Source: Alphaproteobacteria bacterium
GTDB taxonomy: Bacteria; Pseudomonadota; Alphaproteobacteria; MPNO01
Direction: 5' to 3'
Length of the DNA stretch: 64,000 bases
Assembly (NCBI GenBank): GCA_964291675.2
Contig: OZ219866.1
Coordinates: 384,001 to 448,000, forward strand
Part shown: positions 57,465 through 64,000 of the stretch, piece by piece
Position numbering within the stretch: the stretch's first letter is position 1
How the letters are laid out: every line of letters starts with the position of its first letter
Notes under the pieces: generated by a model
Told to the model about the DNA's origin: nothing
Seen by the model: only the letters and a program-made list of their open reading frames with translations
Databases searched by the model: none
Position numbers and translations under genes: made by a program

Positions 57465-58345
57465 GCGGGCCCGACCGCGGCCGCATTACCGGCCGCCTCT
57501 GGGTGCTTTCGGCCGGGCTTTGCATGAGCCTCGGCGGGCCGATCATCCGGCTCGCCGAAGACAGCACGGAGTGGCAGTTCCTGTTCTACCGCTCGCTCGG
57601 CGCGGGGCTCGCGCTGCTGCTCTGGTTCGTCGTCGCCCGCCGCCCGGTGCTGGCCGCGATCCGCGGCACCGGCGCGGCCGGGCTGGTGGGCGGGCTCTGC
57701 CTGGCCGTGGGGTTCGCCGGCTATGTGTGGGGCGTGATGAACTCCACGGTGGCGAACGCGCTGTTCCTGCTGAGCGCCTCGCCGCTGTTCGCCGCGCTGC
57801 TCGGCTGGGCGGTGATGCGCGAGCCCGTGTCGCGCTCGATGCGGTTCGCCATGGCGGGCGTGATGGCGGGCGTCGCGATCATGATCGGCGAGGGGCTGGC
57901 CGAGGCCGATCTGTTCGGCGACCTGGCGGCGCTCGCCGCGGCGCTGGGCTTCGCCGGCTTCTCGGTCTGCATCCGGCGCGGCCGGCACACCGACATGAGC
58001 CCGACGATCCTGATCGCCGCCGCCGTCACCGCCGCGGTCAGCGGGACGATGGCGCTCCTGGGCGGCGCCGGGCTCGACGTGCCGGCGGCCGATATCGGGC
58101 TCGCCGCCGCCTATGGCGTGCTGGTTATCGGCGCCGGCATCCTCATGCTGACCATCGGCGCCCGGCACGTGCCGGCGGCCGAGCTCGTCGTGCTCTCGCT
58201 CACCGAGGTGGTGTTCGGGCCGATCTGGGTCGCGCTCGCCTTCGCCGAGGTGCCGAGCGCGCTTACCCTGCTCGGCGGGGCCGTCCTGCTCGGCAGCATC
58301 TCGGCCCAGGCCGTAATCGGGATGCGGCGCCAGCCGATGGATTGA
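57449..58345 (+). CDS. DMT/EamA family transporter
   Basis: About 10 TM segments, SPLFAALLGW..MRE, TEVVFGPIWV...E.P; start uncertain. Confidence 0.85.
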   Translation: MGSGLSGPDRGRITGRLWVLSAGLCMSLGGPIIRLAEDSTEWQFLFYRSLGAGLALLLWFVVARRPVLAAIRGTGAAGLVGGLCLAVGFAGYVWGVMNSTVANALFLLSASPLFAALLGWAVMREPVSRSMRFAMAGVMAGVAIMIGEGLAEADLFGDLAALAAALGFAGFSVCIRRGRHTDMSPTILIAAAVTAAVSGTMALLGGAGLDVPAADIGLAAAYGVLVIGAGILMLTIGARHVPAAELVVLSLTEVVFGPIWVALAFAEVPSALTLLGGAVLLGSISAQAVIGMRRQPMD

Positions 58346-58403
58346 TCCCGCCCGGCGCGCGGGACCAGAATGGCGGAACCCGCCGGACACGGAGGCCGGA
58401 GCC

Positions 58404-59945
58404 ATGCCGGACAGCGTCGCGAGCGTCGATTTCGACCGGTTCCGCCTCGCCCGGCTGGTCGACCGCCTGGCCGAGGCCGGCGAGGTTGAGACGGTGGCCG
58501 AGACGGTGCCGCTCGCCCGGGTGGCGGCGAAGCTCGACGGCAACCCGAAGGCGGTGCTGTTCGAGCGCGCCGGTCCCGAGGGCGCGCGGCTGGTCGGCAA
58601 CGCGATGGCGAGCCGGCGCCGGCTCGCGCTCGCGCTCGGCACCGGGGAGCGCGACCTGCTGCCGGCGCTGCTCGACCGGCTCGACAACCCGATCCCGCCG
58701 GTCGAGGTCGCTCGGGACGCGGCGCCGGTGCAGGAAGTCGTGCTCGAAGGCGAGGATGCCGACCTCACCGCGCTCCCGGTCCATCTCCAGCACGCGCTCG
58801 ACGGGGCGCCCTATATCTCGGCCGGGCTCGACTTCTCGCGCGATCCCGACACCGGGCTCGTCAATATCGGCATGCGCCGGCTGATGCTGCGCGGAAGGCG
58901 CGAGGCCGGGATCGACCTCAACGCGCCGAGCGACCTGCGGGCGATCTACGGCCGGGCGCACGGGCGGGGCGAGAACCTGCCGGTCGCGATTGTCGTCGGT
59001 GCGCATCCGGCGGATGCCATCGCGAGCCTCAGCCTGATGCCGCCGGGGGACGAGCTCGCGCTGATCGGCGGGGTCCGCGGCGCGGCCCTCCCCGTGGTCA
59101 AATGCGCGACCAGCGATCTCATGGTCCCGGCCGATGCCGAGATGGTGCTCGAAGGCCATCTCGACCCCGCCGGCTGGTCGGAGCCCGAGGGGCCCTACGG
59201 CGAATATGTCGGCTATTACGGCGTGCTCAAGTCGAACCCGGTGTTCCATCTCGACGCGATCGCGCGCCGCGGCGATGCGCTGTTCCAGACGGTGACCATC
59301 GGCGGGCGCTACATGGACCGCACCGACACCGCGCAGATCTGCGCCCTGAAGACCGAGATCTCGCTGTGGAAGGCGCTGGAGACCGCGCTGCGCGAGCCGG
59401 TCGCGGTCTGCGTCACCGCCTCCTGCGGGGGGATGTACAACGCCCGCGTGTCGCTGCGCCAGCGGGTGCCGGGCGAGGCGCGCAACGCCATCGCGGCGGT
59501 GTTCGGCTCCAGCGCCGACGTGAAGCACGTCTTCGTCGCCGACGCCGATATCGACGTGTTCTCCGATTCCGAGCTCGACTGGGCGCTGGCGACCCGCTTC
59601 CAGGCCGACCGGGACATCGTGATCGCGTCGGGCTTCCGGGCGGTGCCGCTCGACCCCTCGCTGCAGGGCGCGCGGGCCGGCGCCAAGGCGGGGTTCGACC
59701 TGACGGTCCCGTTCGGCCGGCTGGGCGCGCAGGAGTTCACCGTGCCCGAGCCGCCCGAGCCGGCGGACGGAGCGGCGCGGGGGATTCCGGCGGCCGAGGC
59801 GCTGGAGGCGGGCCCGAAGCACTTCCGCGAGCTGATGCAGGCGGCGGGCTCGCAAGACGGGCGCGAGATCGTCCGCGAGCTCGAAGCGCTCTACGCCGAG
59901 GGCCGCCTCGGCCGCGACCCGGACGGGCGCTACGTGCTGGGGTAG
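58404..59945 (+). CDS. UbiD-family (prFMN-dependent) decarboxylase
   Basis: [43 protein letters not shown]...[16 protein letters not shown]. Confidence 0.92.
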   Translation: MPDSVASVDFDRFRLARLVDRLAEAGEVETVAETVPLARVAAKLDGNPKAVLFERAGPEGARLVGNAMASRRRLALALGTGERDLLPALLDRLDNPIPPVEVARDAAPVQEVVLEGEDADLTALPVHLQHALDGAPYISAGLDFSRDPDTGLVNIGMRRLMLRGRREAGIDLNAPSDLRAIYGRAHGRGENLPVAIVVGAHPADAIASLSLMPPGDELALIGGVRGAALPVVKCATSDLMVPADAEMVLEGHLDPAGWSEPEGPYGEYVGYYGVLKSNPVFHLDAIARRGDALFQTVTIGGRYMDRTDTAQICALKTEISLWKALETALREPVAVCVTASCGGMYNARVSLRQRVPGEARNAIAAVFGSSADVKHVFVADADIDVFSDSELDWALATRFQADRDIVIASGFRAVPLDPSLQGARAGAKAGFDLTVPFGRLGAQEFTVPEPPEPADGAARGIPAAEALEAGPKHFRELMQAAGSQDGREIVRELEALYAEGRLGRDPDGRYVLG

Positions 59946-59956
59946 GGCGCGGTCCG

Positions 59957-60065
59957 GTCCTTCGATACGCGGCTTCGCCGCTACTCAGGATGAGGGTGGG
60001 AGGTGGGCGAGCCAAGACCTCCTCCTCATCCTGAGTAGCGCCCGAAGGGCGCGTATCGAAGGACG
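59957..60065. repeat. REPIN-like element, copy D
   Basis: GTCCTTCGATACGCGGCTTCGCCGCTACTCAGGATGAGG ... CCTCATCCTGAGTAGCGCCCGAAGGGCGCGTATCGAAGGACG. Confidence 0.92.
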
Positions 60066-60138
60066 GCACGGTTCCATCGGTAACGGACACGCTCTAGGAT
60101 CGCCCGGGACCGGATGCGAAACAGGGGGAGCGCAGGGA

Positions 60139-61248
<1,110 letters not shown>

Positions 61249-61264
61249 CCGCCGTTCGCGGGGC

Positions 61265-62317
61265 ATGGCGGGCGGGGTGAGGCGGGTCCGCGCGGCCGCG
61301 CTTGAATCCTTCACAGCCCAGATCTTCGCCGCCGCCGGCACCCCGGCGGCGGATGCGGCGACCGTCGCCGAGGTGCTGGTCTGGGCCAATCTGCGCGGCA
61401 TCGACAGCCACGGCGTGCTGCGCGTGCCGGGCTATGTCGGGCGCATCGCGAGCGGCGAGTTCAACCCGAAACCCGATATCTCGGTCGTGGCCGAGCTCCC
61501 GGCGGCGACGCTGATCGACGCCGACCGCGCGTTCGGCCCGGTCGGCATGTCGCGCGGCATGGACATCGCCATCGCCAAGGCGCGCGAGGCCGGGGTGGGG
61601 GTGTGCATCGTCCGCCGGGTGACCCACATGGCGGCGATCGGCTGGTTCGCGCTGAGGGCGGTCGAAGCCGGGATGATCGGCCTCGCCTTCGGCTCCTCGC
61701 GGCCCAACATGGCCTATCACGGGGCGCGGGCGCGCGGCGTCGCCACCAGCCCGATCGCCATCGCGGTGCCGGGGGAGGGCGCGCCGGTGCTGCTCGACAT
61801 GTCGACGTCGGAGAGCTCGATGGGAAGGATCATGCTGGCGCGCGACGCGGGCACGCCGCTGGAGCCCGGCTGGGCGCTGACCGAGGACGGGACGCCCACC
61901 ACGGACGCCGACGAGGCGCGCATGCTCACCCCGCTCGGCGGGGCCAAGGGGGCGGGGCTCGCGCTGATGTTCGAGTGCCTCGCCGGCATCCTCGTCGGCC
62001 ACCCGCTGATCGCCACCGCCATCGGGCCGGACGCCGAGACGCGGCACAGCCAGAACGGGTTCGCGCTCGCCATCGACATCGCCGCCTTCGCCGAGCCGGA
62101 ACGCTATCGCAGGGACATCGCCGCGCTGGCGGGCGCGCTCAAGTCGCTCCCCGTCGCCGAGGGGCATGACGAGATCCGCCTGCCGGGCGAGCGCGGCGAA
62201 CGCACCATGGCGGAGCGGCTGGAGAGCGGCGTGCCGCTGCCGGCCGGCACCTGGCGCCGCCTCGCCGAGATCGCCGACGGGTTCGGCATCGCCATGCCGC
62301 CCGTCGTCGAGCGCTGA
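61265..62317 (+). CDS. Ldh_2 family oxidoreductase (malate/L-lactate/sulfolactate/ureidoglycolate dehydrogenase family)
   Basis: ANLRGIDSHGV, TSPIAIAVP, LDMSTS, GGAKGAGL, RLPGE. Confidence 0.9.
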   Translation: MAGGVRRVRAAALESFTAQIFAAAGTPAADAATVAEVLVWANLRGIDSHGVLRVPGYVGRIASGEFNPKPDISVVAELPAATLIDADRAFGPVGMSRGMDIAIAKAREAGVGVCIVRRVTHMAAIGWFALRAVEAGMIGLAFGSSRPNMAYHGARARGVATSPIAIAVPGEGAPVLLDMSTSESSMGRIMLARDAGTPLEPGWALTEDGTPTTDADEARMLTPLGGAKGAGLALMFECLAGILVGHPLIATAIGPDAETRHSQNGFALAIDIAAFAEPERYRRDIAALAGALKSLPVAEGHDEIRLPGERGERTMAERLESGVPLPAGTWRRLAEIADGFGIAMPPVVER

Positions 62318-62320
62318 GCC

Positions 62321-62530
62321 TCACTCGCGGTCGCCGCGCTCGCTGCGATAGGCGAGCCGCATCAGCCCGATCCCGAGCGCGAGGCTCGCGACCACGCCGA
62401 GCACCATGGCGATCAGCCCCCAGACGCCGATCGGCGCATCGCCCGCCACCCGCCACATCCAGACCGCGGCGACGACCGCCCCCGCCAGCAGCGCGCCGAG
62501 CAGGATGGAGAGCAGCAGGGTGCGGTTCAT
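62321..62530 (-). CDS. Small two-TM membrane protein
   Basis: Two hydrophobic helices ending GLMRLAYRSERGD. Confidence 0.65.
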   Translation of the reverse strand: MNRTLLLSILLGALLAGAVVAAVWMWRVAGDAPIGVWGLIAMVLGVVASLALGIGLMRLAYRSERGDRE

Positions 62531-62548
62531 CGCGGTCCCGGGCGCCTC

Positions 62549-63616
62549 TCAGGCGATCAGCGCGTTGCCGGCGAAGCGCTCGCGCCAGCGCGGCAGCACG
62601 TCGGGGTTGAACACGTTGTCCGGCACCTCGCCCCTGAGCGCGGCGAGCACCGCCTCGGCCGCCCACTGGATGCCGGGGCCGAGCCCGCCGCCATGGTTGT
62701 GCGAGATCATGTGCGGCGACAGCAGCACCTCGTTCCCCATGTCGAGCAGCCTGGAGTTGCGGTCCATCGGCTCGTCGAGAAACACGTCGAGCGCGGCGCC
62801 GGCGATCTCGCCCGCCGCGATGGCATCGGCCAGCGCCGCCTCGTCCATCGTGCCGCCGCGCGAGGTGTTGACGAACAGCGCCGTCCGCTTCATCGCCCGG
62901 AACTGGGCCGCGCCCATCATGCGGCGCGAGGTCGGATTGAGCGTCGGGTGCAGCGAGACGATGTCGGAATCGGCGAGCAAGGTGTCGAGATCGACCCGTT
63001 CGACCCCGTACTCGGCGAATTTCTCTTCCTCCACGAAGGGGTCGCAGACGATCAGCCGGACATGCCAGGGCTTGAGCAGCTCCACCATGCGCCCGCCGAT
63101 GCGCCCGAAGCCGACAATGCCCACGGTGAGCCCGGCATAGCCGTCCTCGTCGCGGCGGCCGAGATAGGTGCCGATCAGCGAGTCGTGCTTCCAGCCGCCG
63201 GCCTTGACGTGGGCGTCCTTCTCCCGGTTGCGCTTGAGCATGGTGAGGATCATCGCCATCGCGCCCTCGGCGACGCCGCCCCAGTTGGCCTGGGTGGGGG
63301 CGTGGGTCACCAGCACGCCGAGATCGGTGGCCGCATCGACGTCGATGTCGTCGGTGCCGACGGTGCACTTGGCGATGATGCGGAGCCGCTGCGCGCCCTC
63401 GATGATGCGCCGGTTGACCGGTGCGCTGCGGATCGAGGTGCCGGTCATGGCGACCGCTTCCGCGGCGCTGGCCGCCATGTCGTCCTCATAGACGCAGCCC
63501 GGGACATGCCATGCCTCGTCGCCGAATGTGAGCCGGCAGCCCGCCTCTTCCATCCGGCGGTTGCTGCGCCCCTCCAGATCGGCGTTGGCGAAGACGAAGA
63601 CGGTGGGCTCGGACAT
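62549..63616 (-). CDS. D-isomer-specific 2-hydroxyacid dehydrogenase
   Basis: VGTDDID, GFGRIG, VNTSRG, ALDVFLDEP, SPH. Confidence 0.92.
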   Translation of the reverse strand: MSEPTVFVFANADLEGRSNRRMEEAGCRLTFGDEAWHVPGCVYEDDMAASAAEAVAMTGTSIRSAPVNRRIIEGAQRLRIIAKCTVGTDDIDVDAATDLGVLVTHAPTQANWGGVAEGAMAMILTMLKRNREKDAHVKAGGWKHDSLIGTYLGRRDEDGYAGLTVGIVGFGRIGGRMVELLKPWHVRLIVCDPFVEEEKFAEYGVERVDLDTLLADSDIVSLHPTLNPTSRRMMGAAQFRAMKRTALFVNTSRGGTMDEAALADAIAAGEIAGAALDVFLDEPMDRNSRLLDMGNEVLLSPHMISHNHGGGLGPGIQWAAEAVLAALRGEVPDNVFNPDVLPRWRERFAGNALIA

Positions 63617-63661
63617 GGCGGGCTCCCCGGGGTTGGGTGTGGCGCGATATATAGACCGCGA

Positions 63662-64000
63662 TCAGTCGAACAGGAACCGGAACGCGCCGTTCTCCCGCCG
63701 CAGCCGGCAGGGCTCGAAATGCGCCGGCAGCAGGAGCGTGTCGCGCTCGGCGGCCCGCTCGAAGAGCGCGCGGCGGGTGGCGGCGGCGGTCGGCCGGTGT
63801 TCGCAGGCGCGGCTGTTCCAGCCCGGGTGGCGCGCCTGGATCGGGTGATGGAACACGTCGGCGGCGATCAGCCCCTCCTCGCCCTCGGAGCAGATCCGGA
63901 TATTGACCTGGCCCGGGGTGTGGCCGGGCGCGGGCTCGAAGCGTATGCCGTCCTCGACGACGTGATCCGCGGCCACGAGATCGGCGAGCCCGGCATCGAG
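63662..64000 (-). CDS. MBL-fold metallo-hydrolase, 3' part only (runs off window end)
   Basis: PAPGHTPGQ, ADVFHHPIQ, LLPAHF. Confidence 0.82.
   Translation of the reverse strand, partial: LDAGLADLVAADHVVEDGIRFEPAPGHTPGQVNIRICSEGEEGLIAADVFHHPIQARHPGWNSRACEHRPTAAATRRALFERAAERDTLLLPAHFEPCRLRRENGAFRFLFD

Noticed and set aside
25101-60065. Dispersed palindromic repeats as a CRISPR array
   Set aside because: Copies are kilobases apart as inverted doublets, not regularly spaced direct repeats; no cas genes

Overview
This is a very GC-rich bacterial chromosome segment, most likely alphaproteobacterial, judging from the alaC-hom-glpX-recJ-tRNA-Glu order and the Rhizobiales/Rhodospirillales-style intergenic palindromes. 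A short core block (about 3.2-9.4 kb) is followed by about 55 kb of catabolic and transport genes. These include CoA ligase, crotonases, a Rieske oxygenase, LLM flavoproteins, amidohydrolases, NMT1-type ABC and TTT binding proteins, three xanthine-oxidase-family Mo large subunits with one CoxM/CoxS pair, hmgA, UbiD and frmA. I could not recognise any dedicated transcription regulator. The most unusual items are: (1) a lower-GC islet at about 42.9-44.2 kb, bounded by a degenerate duplicate of the yeeE 5' end, carrying an orphan membrane-anchored protein, a multi-hairpin RNA-like segment and what may be a decayed reverse-transcriptase N-terminus (hypothesis only); (2) a toxin-antitoxin 'graveyard' at 54-57.5 kb, with intact FitA-VapC, an Xre-RES pair with a nonsense codon just before the catalytic Ser, and a second FitA whose toxin is deleted down to 7 codons; (3) a pair of parS boxes fused into one long palindrome; (4) a minimal soxYZ-soxE-soxF-yeeE module without soxAX/B/CD; (5) REPIN-like repeats; (6) three frameshifted genes that may be real decay or sequencing/assembly error. 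All product calls come from motif recognition by eye; no database search was run.
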